Made by a program: the position numbers and the translations under genes. A stretch of DNA of 64,000 nucleotides from Candidatus Parvarchaeota archaeon (lineage in GTDB: Archaea > Nanobdellota > Nanobdellia > WJKC01). The stretch is taken from the NCBI GenBank assembly GCA_030615175.1, contig JAUWZX010000001.1, forward strand, positions 282,029-346,028, written 5' to 3'. Under the pieces are notes generated by a model. The model did no database searches and was not told the origin of the DNA. It saw nothing but the letters and a program-made list of their open reading frames with translations. Below, one piece after another: positions 47,405 through 57,176 of the stretch; within the stretch, counting starts at the first letter, position 1, and the number at the start of each line of letters is the position of its first letter.

Positions 47405-48166
47405 ATGTTTAAGGCAACCATTAATGATGTCTCGCTTTTCAGGGATGCTCTTGACACTATTTCTAACTTCATTAATGAAGGAGTATTTACTGTTAATAAG
47501 AACGGCTTGTCATTAGTGGCAATGGACCCTGCGTCAGTTGTCATGGTATTATTTGACTTATTGTCATCTAATTTCAGTGAGTTCGACGTGTCAGGAGAGC
47601 AATCCTTAACCCTTAATATTCCTTACCTCGTGTCAATACTTAAGAGAGCCAGTTCGTCTGACATTGTTAGTTTTGAACTTATTGAGGGTGATTCAGTGCT
47701 TAAAGTAATACTTAAAGGTGATTCCAAAAGGGTTTTCACGCTTCCTATGCTTGAAACGAGGTCTAAGCCTCCTGAAGCTCCTAAGAAGTTGGATGAGGGA
47801 TTTAAAGTATTAATTGAGGTTGAGTCAGGCGTGCTTAAGGAGGGCGCTAAGGATGCCTTAATGGTTAGTGACAGCATTGTATTCAAGGCTGATGAGAAAT
47901 CATTTAATTTATTAGCGCTCGGTGACACCAGTCAAGTGAATTTATCGCTTGCCAGGGATTCACCCAGCCTGCTTAACCTTGATGTTAAGAGTTCCTCAAG
48001 GGCTAAGTACTCGCTTGAGTACCTTGATAAGATGATGAAGGCGTCTAAAGTTGCTGACACCCTGACAGTGAGTTTTGCTGATGATTATCCATTAAAACTT
48101 GATTATAAAGCAATAGATAAATTACGATTATCATTCATTCTTGCACCAAGAATAGACACTGAATAA
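47405..48166 (+). CDS. pcn: PCNA sliding clamp
   Basis: AMDPASVVMV; KYSLEYL; DYPLKL; FILAPRI. Confidence 0.96.
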   Translation: MFKATINDVSLFRDALDTISNFINEGVFTVNKNGLSLVAMDPASVVMVLFDLLSSNFSEFDVSGEQSLTLNIPYLVSILKRASSSDIVSFELIEGDSVLKVILKGDSKRVFTLPMLETRSKPPEAPKKLDEGFKVLIEVESGVLKEGAKDALMVSDSIVFKADEKSFNLLALGDTSQVNLSLARDSPSLLNLDVKSSSRAKYSLEYLDKMMKASKVADTLTVSFADDYPLKLDYKAIDKLRLSFILAPRIDTE

Positions 48167-48167
48167 G

Positions 48168-49160
48168 TTATAACCAACAACCAGGGTCTTTTGCATTAAT
48201 CCTTCCTGTTGAGTAATAAGCATGTGCTCTGCACCCACATTTGCAGAAATCAAGATGCTCGCACTTAAAACATTCTTTGTCAACATGCTTTTTGTTTTTA
48301 GGAAACTCTCTAAAGAATCTTAATTCGTTTGAGTTAAGAATTTCGTCAATAGTACTCTTTTTTAAGTCACCCACTATTAATTCTACTAATGCTAAGCAGG
48401 GAGTGACTTTTAAATCGCTTCTTATACCAATATTGGATGACCCTGCATTACAGATTTTGTACTCTTTACTAGAATCAAAGAGGAATTGAAATGTTTCAGC
48501 ACTCTTTAAATAACCAGTACCCACTCCATATTTTTCCCTTAATAAAAGAACTTTGTGCAGATACTCTTGGTGTTCTAATGGATTAAGACATAATTCGTTC
48601 TCTAAACTCTTTGCCCTCCCGCCAGGAACAATTCTAACAAAGTTTATAGTATCAACTTTTTTATTAATTAATAACTCAGCGATTTCATCTATTTGATTAA
48701 GATTGTATTTACCAACTACTACTGAAACACCGAGTCTTAACTTATACTTTTTCAACTCATCAATCCTTTTCATAGAAGTGTTAAAACTTCCATTAACGCC
48801 TGTTATGTAATCATGTGTTTTTGAGTTACTACCATAGACACTAGTCCTAACTAATTCAACACCTAATCTTGAAACTCTTTTAATTTTTTCTTCATTAAAC
48901 AATAAAGTGTTTGTATTAAGGATAATATTGAAATCATACTGTTTAATCAAACTAATTATTTCAAACACCCCGCGCCTGATTAATGGCTCACCACCAGTTA
49001 CAATAATCTTCTTAAAATTATTATTCTTCAACTGTGATAGAATAGGTTCTAACTCTTTAAGGTTAAATTCGTAAGCCCTTTTTTTGCCAGCATTTGCTAA
49101 GCAATGCTTACAATAAGAATTACACTCCTTCGTTATTTCTAACTCTACAGTATTCCACAT
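48168..49160 (-). CDS. Radical SAM/SPASM domain protein
   Basis: CNSYCKHC; TGGEPL; CNAG...VTPC...CxxC..CKCGCRA...DPGCW full SPASM. Confidence 0.92.
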   Translation of the reverse strand: MWNTVELEITKECNSYCKHCLANAGKKRAYEFNLKELEPILSQLKNNNFKKIIVTGGEPLIRRGVFEIISLIKQYDFNIILNTNTLLFNEEKIKRVSRLGVELVRTSVYGSNSKTHDYITGVNGSFNTSMKRIDELKKYKLRLGVSVVVGKYNLNQIDEIAELLINKKVDTINFVRIVPGGRAKSLENELCLNPLEHQEYLHKVLLLREKYGVGTGYLKSAETFQFLFDSSKEYKICNAGSSNIGIRSDLKVTPCLALVELIVGDLKKSTIDEILNSNELRFFREFPKNKKHVDKECFKCEHLDFCKCGCRAHAYYSTGRINAKDPGCWL

Positions 49161-49220
49161 AATAAACTTAATAAGTTAATAACAGATTAATTATCTAAGT
49201 TCACCAGTAGTGGTATCACT

Positions 49221-49988
49221 ATGAATAAGAATGAGTTGGTAAAAAAATTAGAATTATTTAGGTTAACTAATGGTGAGTCAAGAGTTTATTTAGCTTTACT
49301 TAATGGGGAATCAATAAAATCAGGTATTATCAGGGAATCAGGAGTTTCATCATCAATCGTTTATGAAATTCTTGAAAAACTTGTTAAAAAAGGATTAGTA
49401 TCATATATCATAAATAATGGTGTAAAAACCTTTCAAGCAAAGAATCCTGATATGCTTCTGAGTATTGAAGAGGAGATGCTGAAAAAGAAGAAGCAAATCG
49501 CAAAGAAAATATTTCCTTTATTAAAGCAAAAGAAAAAAGAAAATTCTAAATTTATCTTTGCTAATGTCTATAATGGTGTTGACGGTTTTAAGAACATGTT
49601 AAATGATATTGAACAAGAATTCAATAAAGGTCAAATCAAGGACTGGCTTGCTTGCGGGATCACTGCATTTAAAAGAGATATATTTAATAGGTTATGGATT
49701 AAGTGGCATACTAATAAAAGACCTAAATATGGTGTTAAAACTAAATTCATATTCTCAGAAAAAGAAACTGATTACACTAATAAACTAAGTAGTGTTCCTT
49801 TAAGCGAAAGCAAGTATATTTCTCTTTTAACCCCAACATGCATTACAGTAACTGGTGATATGGTTTTAATAATGAAATATACAAAAGAGCCAAGGTTTTT
49901 TCTAATTAAAGATGATGATATTGCAAAGACTTTCAGAGAATTGTTTGGAGTACAGTGGAGAAGGTCCAGGAAACTTAAAACCCCTTAA
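49221..49988 (+). CDS. TrmB-family HTH transcription regulator
   Basis: LTNGESRVYLALL; SSIVYEILEKLVKKGLVS. Confidence 0.85.
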   Translation: MNKNELVKKLELFRLTNGESRVYLALLNGESIKSGIIRESGVSSSIVYEILEKLVKKGLVSYIINNGVKTFQAKNPDMLLSIEEEMLKKKKQIAKKIFPLLKQKKKENSKFIFANVYNGVDGFKNMLNDIEQEFNKGQIKDWLACGITAFKRDIFNRLWIKWHTNKRPKYGVKTKFIFSEKETDYTNKLSSVPLSESKYISLLTPTCITVTGDMVLIMKYTKEPRFFLIKDDDIAKTFRELFGVQWRRSRKLKTP

Positions 49989-50158
49989 GCAACCTTTATA
50001 AAATTACTAATTTTACCAAGGAATTTAATAATGTTTAGCCCTAAAAACGCTCAAAACCAGGAATTCAATAGATTTTTATAATCACTTAAATTGTTTAAAC
50101 AGAGTAAATGATTCCATAACCAAAATTAATTTAAGTTGTTAATGTTACTAATGCTTAA

Positions 50159-50980
50159 ATGATTGGCATAACGTGTTCTTACATCCCGATACAAGTAATT
50201 AATGGTTTTGGCGAGGAATTTGAAAGAATTAAGGCTTCAGTATCAAGCAGTGAAAGCAGTGCTCACTTAAGTCATAATATCTGTTTCATGGCTAAGTCAA
50301 TTTACAGCAAGATTCTAAAAGGCGGTTACGAAGCAGTTATAATGACTTCCTGCTGCGATGCAATGCGCAGGGCTGCTGAGAACCTGCAGTTAAGAGGTAA
50401 TAAAGTGCTCGTACTGCACGTTCCAAGAAAGAATGATGAGCACGCTGTGAAGTATTTCGCAGCCCAGTTAAGAAAACTAGTTAAGGAATTAGAAGGCATT
50501 CTTAACAAGAAATTTAAACAAGTTCGTGAATGCGGAACAGTGAAAAAGCTTGGTAGTGGAGGAGTCCTCGTTAACCTCACGCAACTAACTCCTCAAACTG
50601 ATAAAGTGATTGAAATTATAAAGGGAACAGGCATGCATGCCATAATTAATTCATGCAGTGATTACAGGACAAGCATACACGTTAGAAAAAGTGGCGATTA
50701 CTTCACAGTGCTTGCCAGGGCTTGCTTGAATAAAATCCCCTGCTCAAGAATGCTTTCCCATAATCCTGAAAGAATACTTAAATTAGTCAGGGAGGCGGAT
50801 GGTAAGGGAGTTATTAATATTTCACCAAAGTTCTGTGATAACATGCAGTATGATAAGTCACTATTAAGTAAGGCCTTAAAGGATGAAGGCGTGCCATTCC
50901 TTGCCCTTGATGTTGATGAATTAATTAATGAAGGGCAGCTTAAAACAAGAATACAGGCTTTTAAGGAGATGCTTGAATGA
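50159..50980 (+). CDS. 2-hydroxyacyl-CoA dehydratase subunit (HgdA/B, FldB/C family), short form
   Basis: IGITCSYIP; SCCDAMRR; KFCD; GQLKTRIQAFKEML. Confidence 0.88.
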   Translation: MIGITCSYIPIQVINGFGEEFERIKASVSSSESSAHLSHNICFMAKSIYSKILKGGYEAVIMTSCCDAMRRAAENLQLRGNKVLVLHVPRKNDEHAVKYFAAQLRKLVKELEGILNKKFKQVRECGTVKKLGSGGVLVNLTQLTPQTDKVIEIIKGTGMHAIINSCSDYRTSIHVRKSGDYFTVLARACLNKIPCSRMLSHNPERILKLVREADGKGVINISPKFCDNMQYDKSLLSKALKDEGVPFLALDVDELINEGQLKTRIQAFKEMLE

Positions 50981-52185
50981 ATTTAATTAAGTTATTAAAA
51001 TATTCAAATCCATTGTTTAACAAGATGATTGCAAAATATTTTGCCAGGGAGACTGGGTACCCTAAGTCATTCTCAAAAGCTTACTATGCAGTATTGAATC
51101 ATTTAATGAATTGTTATAAAGCAAGGCAGCCGGTTATCTTAACGCATCACCCGTCCCCTGTTGAAATAATAAACTCCTTTAACGCGATTTCATTCATTGC
51201 TGACTCCTTTAGCGCCATGCTTGCAGGGAATAAGATGGATGAAGAATTAATTAGGAGTGCTGAAAGAATTGGTGCTCCAAGAGGTGCATGCAGTTTTCAG
51301 AAAAGCATTATTGGTTTGCAGGCTCTGGGATTGCTTCCGAGAATCAGTGCCTTAACTTTCTTATCAACTAATCAATGTGATTCACCTAAGAAAGTATTTG
51401 AGCATTTAAGCAGTGACGTGCCAGGATTCTTTATTGATGCACCTTACTCCATGAATGGAGCAGGGATTAATTACATGACCAGCCAATTAAATGAGTTCAT
51501 CAAATTCCTTGAAATGATTACTGGAAGAGGGTTTAATAAAAAAGGATTGAATAGTGAGATTGATAAGACTAATGCCTGTATTAAATCACTTTATTCATTA
51601 ATTAATACTCGAAAGCATGATTTGATTCCAGTGAAGCCATTAACAATGTATAGGGCTTATTTTTCAGTGATTGGTTATCAGGGCAGTCCAGGATTAATTA
51701 AGGAATTCCTTGATGAATTTACCATGACAATTAAGAAGAGGCAGGAAGAAGGTATGGGAGAGAATAAATCAAGGCTTGCACTGCTTCAATTGCCTCCTTT
51801 TTACCCGAGCAAGGTTTTCAATGTTTTGGAGGAGAATGACTGCGCAGTTGTCTGGGATGAACTTCCATTAATGGATTATGAATTATCAGGTCATGGTGTT
51901 AGGGGTTTAGCTAAGAAGTATTTATCCAGTATTTATAATAAGCCTTTAGATGAAAGAATTAAAATAATTATTAAGAATGTTAAGGAGTTCAGGGTTGATG
52001 GAGTTATTTATTTTTCCCAAACAGGGTGCAGGCAGTCTAATGCTTCTGTTAGTGCAATTAAAAATGCTTTAATAAATGAAGGAATTCCAATGTTAATACT
52101 TGACATTGACTGTCTTGATAAGGAAAGCGCTCAGCAAGGACAGATTGTTACAAGGCTTGAGTCATTCATGGAGATGCTTAAATGA
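50977..52185 (+). CDS. 2-hydroxyacyl-CoA dehydratase subunit (HgdA/B, FldB/C family)
   Basis: ACSFQK; QCDSPKK; VDGVIYFSQTGCR; GQIVTRLESFMEML. Confidence 0.9.
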   Translation: MNLIKLLKYSNPLFNKMIAKYFARETGYPKSFSKAYYAVLNHLMNCYKARQPVILTHHPSPVEIINSFNAISFIADSFSAMLAGNKMDEELIRSAERIGAPRGACSFQKSIIGLQALGLLPRISALTFLSTNQCDSPKKVFEHLSSDVPGFFIDAPYSMNGAGINYMTSQLNEFIKFLEMITGRGFNKKGLNSEIDKTNACIKSLYSLINTRKHDLIPVKPLTMYRAYFSVIGYQGSPGLIKEFLDEFTMTIKKRQEEGMGENKSRLALLQLPPFYPSKVFNVLEENDCAVVWDELPLMDYELSGHGVRGLAKKYLSSIYNKPLDERIKIIIKNVKEFRVDGVIYFSQTGCRQSNASVSAIKNALINEGIPMLILDIDCLDKESAQQGQIVTRLESFMEMLK

Positions 52186-52946
52186 TAACTGCTGGCATTG
52201 ATATTGGAAGTGCAACCACGAAAGTGGTTCTCATGAAAGATGAAGGAATCTTGTCTTATTCTATAGTTCCTACTGGAGTTAATGGGCGGGAAGCTGCTGA
52301 GAAAGCATTTAAGAATGCGTTAGTGAAGGCAGGGATTGAAATGAATGATGTTAAAGGTATTGTTGCTACTGGTTATGGGCGCATTAGGGCACCGTTCACT
52401 GATAAAAGAGTTACTGAAATTACTTGTCATGCAAGAGGCGTTCTTCATGAGTTAAGGAATGCTGGAACAGTGATTGACATTGGCGGTCAGGACAGTAAGG
52501 TTATTAGTATTGGTTCTTCAGGCAGGGTGGTTGACTTTGTTATGAATGACAGGTGCGCTGCAGGCACTGGCAGGTTTTTAGAAGTAACTGCTCATGCTTT
52601 AGGAATTAATGTGAGTGAGATGGGCGGGTTGGCTTTGAAGAGCAGCAATCCATTAAGGATTAGTAGCATGTGCACTGTTTTCGCAGAGTCTGAAGTGATT
52701 AGTTTGCTTGCCCAGGGAGAGTCTAAGGAGGATATTATTGCCGGCTTGCATGAGTCGATTTCTGAAAGGATTTCTTCAATGCTTAACCGAATCAGTGTTC
52801 AAAAAGAAGTAGTATTAACTGGCGGTGTTGCTAAGAATGCTGGAATAATTAAGTCGCTTGAGAGGAAATTAAAAATGAAAATAATTGTTCCTTTAGAGCC
52901 GCAGATTTCAGGTGCTGTTGGCGCCGCCCTCATTGCGCAGGAATAA
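52182..52946 (+). CDS. hgdC: 2-hydroxyacyl-CoA dehydratase activator (HgdC/FldI, ASKHA [4Fe-4S] ATPase)
   Basis: GIDIGSATTK; ATGYGR; EITCHARG; DIGGQDSK; MNDRCAAGTGRFL; SSMCTVFAESE. Confidence 0.95.
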   Translation: MITAGIDIGSATTKVVLMKDEGILSYSIVPTGVNGREAAEKAFKNALVKAGIEMNDVKGIVATGYGRIRAPFTDKRVTEITCHARGVLHELRNAGTVIDIGGQDSKVISIGSSGRVVDFVMNDRCAAGTGRFLEVTAHALGINVSEMGGLALKSSNPLRISSMCTVFAESEVISLLAQGESKEDIIAGLHESISERISSMLNRISVQKEVVLTGGVAKNAGIIKSLERKLKMKIIVPLEPQISGAVGAALIAQE

Positions 52947-52963
52947 CGAAATATTTATTATTC

Positions 52964-53338
52964 CTATGACTTCCAGTGCCCATGAATATTGCAGTATTCC
53001 TTGGCAGTGATTTCTAATGCTTCAATGCAGAATTCTGCTTCAGGCATGTCACCAGGCTTTAAGAACTTCCTGTAAATCCTGCCGTCAGCGATTAATTCAA
53101 TCCATTCAATATAATGCTCTTCCTCCATTGGGTGCGGAACTGACCCAACCATTACTTTAAATCCTTTTCCAGTTTTCTCTATTACTGGAACGTGCTTCTC
53201 ATCACCTAAATCTTCTGTTTTATCTTTAAGTAATTCCATTTCCTGACCGCAACAGATAAGTTTTCCAACTCCTGCATGAAGTACTTCAATAATATTACCG
53301 CAAACATTGCACTTATAAACTCGGCTGCGTTCTGTCAT
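52964..53338 (-). CDS. dfx: Desulfoferrodoxin (2Fe superoxide reductase)
   Basis: YKCNVCGN...CCG; EKHVP; [12 protein letters not shown]; CNIHG. Confidence 0.96.
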   Translation of the reverse strand: MTERSRVYKCNVCGNIIEVLHAGVGKLICCGQEMELLKDKTEDLGDEKHVPVIEKTGKGFKVMVGSVPHPMEEEHYIEWIELIADGRIYRKFLKPGDMPEAEFCIEALEITAKEYCNIHGHWKS

Positions 53339-53378
53339 AAATCATTATTAACTGCAATAAAACTTAATAATTTTGTTA

Positions 53379-53669
53379 TTACGCGGTTGAGTTAGTGCAT
53401 TCATTATTAATGCAGTAACAGGGCATTGGGTTATCTATGCACTTGTTTAGTAAGGTGAAGCCACCTTCCAAGATGTTAATGCACTTAGTGCAGTCATTAG
53501 GGTTCTGCTTGCAGTCATAGTCAGTGCCGCAGAAAAGATTGCTTGATAGTTTTGCACCAACATTTTCACTTGCTTGATTAAGCAAGTGCATAAAGCTTCC
53601 TGCGAACGCGATGCCGATAACAAGCATGACTAATGACAGACTTCCGTATAAAAATAGTTTAAATGCCAT
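53379..53669 (-). CDS. Small membrane-anchored Cys-rich protein
   Basis: N-terminal TM helix; C-terminal domain with 8 Cys. Confidence 0.6.
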   Translation of the reverse strand: MAFKLFLYGSLSLVMLVIGIAFAGSFMHLLNQASENVGAKLSSNLFCGTDYDCKQNPNDCTKCINILEGGFTLLNKCIDNPMPCYCINNECTNSTA

Positions 53670-53681
53670 AATCCCAATACT

Positions 53682-53900
53682 TTAAGCGTTGAATAATAAT
53701 GTTACCATGATTGCAATGGAGATGATGATTGCTGACATGACTATTGCAACTGCCATGTTGCCTCTCTTTAATTCAGCCCATTCATCAATTCCTCTGGTTA
53801 ATTTACCGAATACCTTAATCGCTAGGAATAAGGATAGTACTGCAACCAGTAACGCGACTGCTAATTCAATTGCTTTGTACAAGAATATATCCAAACTCAT
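53682..53900 (-). CDS. DUF350-like membrane protein
   Basis: LTRGIDEWAELKRGNMAVAIV. Confidence 0.8.
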   Translation of the reverse strand: MSLDIFLYKAIELAVALLVAVLSLFLAIKVFGKLTRGIDEWAELKRGNMAVAIVMSAIIISIAIMVTLLFNA

Positions 53901-53917
53901 AATAGTAATAATAGTGA

Positions 53918-55072
53918 TTACGTAAATTTAAGTTTTCTTCTAACGTAGTCTTTGTAGAATTCAACGCTTGGCTGATTAAAAGTATTAACCTTTAATAATT
54001 TTCCTAAGAGAATTGTTTCATGCATTAAGTAATGCAGTAACTCGCCAATGCATTCCTCGCTCTTGTCATTAATTATTAATTCAATGAAAGGTCTTTTATG
54101 GTTAATGTATGATTTCTTCACTCCTGCGTAAGTAATGTTTAGTAATTCATTAAAACTTTTGTCATGATTAAAGAATGAGCCTTTACTTACTTTTACGTCA
54201 TCATAATTATTTTTTATTTTAATGAATGTCGTGAACTTGTCATCAGGTCCTTCAAGGAATAATTGCAGCATTGAGTGCAAGTCAATAGTTCCTATTGAAG
54301 TTACTGGTGTAATGCCTTTCCTGTCCTTGCCGAGTGATTCACTGATTAATTGGTTAATCCACTCCCTGAAGCCGTAAAAATTCTCTGAGAATGGGAAGAA
54401 TACGTTAATCCTTCTGCCCTTCTTGTAGTGATAATGCTTTATGAAGGCTGTTTTATTAGCGGATTCAATGCTTGCCTTTCTTGCTCCTTTAATTAAGTCT
54501 TTAATATTAAAACCAAGAATGCCGAGCGGGAATAATCCTGCACTAGTGAATAATGAGTACCTTCCAGCAGGGTTTTCATCAATACTTAATGCTGTGATTC
54601 CTTTATCATTTGCTAAGTTGAATAATTCAGAGCCTGAGTCGCTTGTAATAATAATGTAATCCTTCCAATTCCTTACATGCCTTTTTAAAACACTTGTCAG
54701 GACTTGCGTAATTGCCAGTACCTCAGTTGTTCTTCCTGACTTGCTTATAACATTAATTAGTGTTTTACGGCCAGCTCTTAACTCACTCCTTAAGTAATTC
54801 TTAATTAGGAATAACTTGTCACTGTCAAGGCTTTCAGCAAGTAATGCCTTAATTATTGTATTATTTTTAGTATTCAATACTGCCTTAACGCCATTGCTTG
54901 AACCTCCTACTCCAATAATAATTAATGATTCTGGATTAAGGCTTAATTTTTCCTTAACTGCTTTATTAATAATCCTTAATGATGAATCATCACTTATTAA
55001 TGAGTAATTAAATTCGCATAGTGATTTAGTAACTCCCAGCTTAACTTGTGAGTTATTAATTAGTACTTTCAT
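53918..55072 (-). CDS. pgi: Glucose-6-phosphate isomerase (compact)
   Basis: IGVGGSSNG; VISKSGRTTE; GRYS; QLISESLGK; DLHS; FNQPSVEFYK. Confidence 0.9.
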   Translation of the reverse strand: MKVLINNSQVKLGVTKSLCEFNYSLISDDSSLRIINKAVKEKLSLNPESLIIIGVGGSSNGVKAVLNTKNNTIIKALLAESLDSDKLFLIKNYLRSELRAGRKTLINVISKSGRTTEVLAITQVLTSVLKRHVRNWKDYIIITSDSGSELFNLANDKGITALSIDENPAGRYSLFTSAGLFPLGILGFNIKDLIKGARKASIESANKTAFIKHYHYKKGRRINVFFPFSENFYGFREWINQLISESLGKDRKGITPVTSIGTIDLHSMLQLFLEGPDDKFTTFIKIKNNYDDVKVSKGSFFNHDKSFNELLNITYAGVKKSYINHKRPFIELIINDKSEECIGELLHYLMHETILLGKLLKVNTFNQPSVEFYKDYVRRKLKFT

Positions 55073-55148
55073 TAGTTTATTAATAACTTAGGTTAATATA
55101 ATATTTTTCTTTAAATATTTAAATGCGTACTGTGTTAAAATTAGATTA

Positions 55149-55433
55149 ATGATTCAATTTATATTCATGGATTTATTAATAACTGCTTTACTATTTATCG
55201 CTGCATTATTAATTCTTTTATGGTGGAAGGATTTGAAGAAGCCAAGCCTTAAGTTAATTAAACGCATTGGAGTTGGTATTGGGGTAATGAGTCTTAGAGG
55301 ATTTATTGACTTATTTTATTATTTAGTAACTTTAAGTGAGAAGAGTTTTATTTATAGTTTAATCCCTGAAATACTTGGACTCTTATTAATAATGTTTGGC
55401 TTTTTTAATTTCTTGGAGGCGAGGAAAACATGA
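55149..55433 (+). CDS. Small ~3-TM protein, module gene A (paralog of 62018..62323)
   Basis: Three hydrophobic segments; similarity visible by eye. Confidence 0.7.
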   Translation: MIQFIFMDLLITALLFIAALLILLWWKDLKKPSLKLIKRIGVGIGVMSLRGFIDLFYYLVTLSEKSFIYSLIPEILGLLLIMFGFFNFLEARKT

Positions 55434-55744
55434 GTATAGAACTTTATGCTGAATTCTTTTTAAGGTTCTTTATAATAATGATTTTAATACTTTCAGCATT
55501 GCTTTCACTTGCTAGTTTATTGAAGATGAAGCATAAGAATTACTTATTTAAATTACTGCTTTTTGGTTTCTTATCATTTACTGTTTTATGGAGCATTTAT
55601 CAATTCTGTGAAATAGTGGCCATTACTTTAATGTCTGTTGGTTCAGATTTAAATATTGAATTAGTGTCAAAGACTTTTGCATTAATGGCTTCAACATTCA
55701 TATTAAGTATTTCAATTATTAAAAGGAGATTAAGAAGAATCTGA
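55430..55744 (+). CDS. Small ~3-TM protein, module gene B (paralog of 61689..62021)
   Basis: Shared EFF..FF and KxFALMAS motifs; ATGA overlap with gene A. Confidence 0.7.
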   Translation: MSIELYAEFFLRFFIIMILILSALLSLASLLKMKHKNYLFKLLLFGFLSFTVLWSIYQFCEIVAITLMSVGSDLNIELVSKTFALMASTFILSISIIKRRLRRI

Positions 55745-56647
55745 TTTACGTAAGTCATCATAAGCGCTGAAAGCAGCTATTACTCCCTCTGCTGCCCCTG
55801 TTATTCCCTGTTTGTAGTGAGCGTCAGCGCAGTCGCCTGCAGCGTAAACGAATGGAATATTAGTTCTTGATGACCTGTTAATTATTATCTCTCTTTTCTT
55901 GTTTAATTTACAGCCAATGCTCTCTGCTAATTCTGTCTGCGGTACATGACCTATTTCAATGAATAACCCGTTTAGCAATAACTTCTTTCCTTTAGGGTTG
56001 TCAAGGATTACTTTATTCATTAAGCCGTTGCCTTTAATTTTTAATACGTTTGCGTTATTAATTATTTTAATCTTCTTATTCTTGTAAACTCTTTCAGCAA
56101 TGATTGGTTCAGCCCTTATCCTCTCGCGCCTGTAAATAATGTAAACTTTCTTGGCGTATTCTGCTGATAGTAATGCTTCTTTTGCTGCACTGTCACTTCC
56201 TCCAACTACCCCTATTACTTTATCCTTGAAGAGTGGAGCATCGCATGTTGCGCAGTAAGAAACTCCTCTCCCGTAGTATTTTTTCTCTCCTGGAACATTA
56301 AGTTTGCGCCTCTTAGTGCCTGTTGCAAGAATAAGAGCCCTGCACTCGTAATTCTTTTGTTTTGCCTTAACTCTGAAACCATTTCTCAACGTTGTGAGTT
56401 TTTTTATGCTGATTACTTCATCAGTGATTATTGGCACTCCTAATGATTTTGCGTGTTCTTCAATGTTCTTCATTAACGCGAGTCCTGAAGTTTTCTTCTT
56501 ACCAGGCCAGTTCTCAATTAAGTTGGTTGTCATTATTAAACCACCTACTTCCTTGGCAATAACTAATGTGTCAAGCTTAAACCTTGCTGCATAAATGGCT
56601 GCTGACAACCCTGCCGGTCCTCCGCCGATAATGATTAAGTCATGCAT
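55730..56647 (-). CDS. trxB: Thioredoxin reductase
   Basis: GGGPAGLSAA; GVSYCATCD; VGGSDSA; YAAGD. Confidence 0.95.
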   Translation of the reverse strand: MHDLIIIGGGPAGLSAAIYAARFKLDTLVIAKEVGGLIMTTNLIENWPGKKKTSGLALMKNIEEHAKSLGVPIITDEVISIKKLTTLRNGFRVKAKQKNYECRALILATGTKRRKLNVPGEKKYYGRGVSYCATCDAPLFKDKVIGVVGGSDSAAKEALLSAEYAKKVYIIYRRERIRAEPIIAERVYKNKKIKIINNANVLKIKGNGLMNKVILDNPKGKKLLLNGLFIEIGHVPQTELAESIGCKLNKKREIIINRSSRTNIPFVYAAGDCADAHYKQGITGAAEGVIAAFSAYDDLRKSDSS

Positions 56648-56751
56648 GAAACTCTTGAAGTAATTTTCTTATTTAAATCATTCTAGTAAGTTTTATTATT
56701 CTTTAAGAGTATTAGAAATCATTTTAAGTGTTAAGTAATTCTTAATTCTTT

Positions 56752-56889
56752 ATGGTGGTTCACGTTGGGAATAAGACATGGAAGTGCTCAAGGTGCGGCA
56801 ACATGGTTACTGTTGATAACCCTCCTCAAGTCTGCCCTATGTGTAAGGGATTGAATTCTTATTATGAATCAGAGAAGAAGTATGGCTGA
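56752..56889 (+). CDS. Rubredoxin-like small protein (45 aa), below the ORF-track length cut-off
   Basis: MVVHVGNKTWKCSRCGNMVTVDNPPQVCPMCKGLNSYYESEKKYG; WxCxxCG...PPxxCPxC. Confidence 0.8.
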   Translation: MVVHVGNKTWKCSRCGNMVTVDNPPQVCPMCKGLNSYYESEKKYG

Positions 56890-57136
56890 TTTTGAGATTA
56901 TTCATAACAGGAAGGATTGCATTGGCTGCGGCATGTGCGCTGGCTTGGATAAGAAGGGTGATTACTGGAAAATGGATGCAGACGGGAAGTCAATCCTTGT
57001 AGGTGGCAAGGAGACAGCGCCTGGCTCGGGAGTCTACAAGAGGACAGTTAAGGGCACTTCTGATGAGGATTTAGTGTTGAATAAAAATATTGTAGAAGCA
57101 TGTCCAGTAAGAGTTATTAAGGTAATAGTTCTCTAA
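56882..57136 (+). CDS. Single-cluster [4Fe-4S] ferredoxin
   Basis: CIGCGMC...ACPVRVI; start MADFEI overlaps the rubredoxin-like stop. Confidence 0.9.
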   Translation: MADFEIIHNRKDCIGCGMCAGLDKKGDYWKMDADGKSILVGGKETAPGSGVYKRTVKGTSDEDLVLNKNIVEACPVRVIKVIVL

Positions 57137-57148
57137 GAAAAATTAAAT

Positions 57149-57176
57149 TGCCTAAGACCTCTTAGGCACTTTTTTT
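57149..57176 (+). terminator. Hairpin plus T-tract between convergent genes
   Basis: TGCCTAAGA-CC-TCTTAGGCA followed by CTTTTTTT. Confidence 0.6.

Noticed and set aside
50031-50081. 16-codon ORF as a precursor peptide for the SPASM enzyme
   Set aside because: Too short, no RBS or distinctive residues, and separated from the enzyme by the regulator
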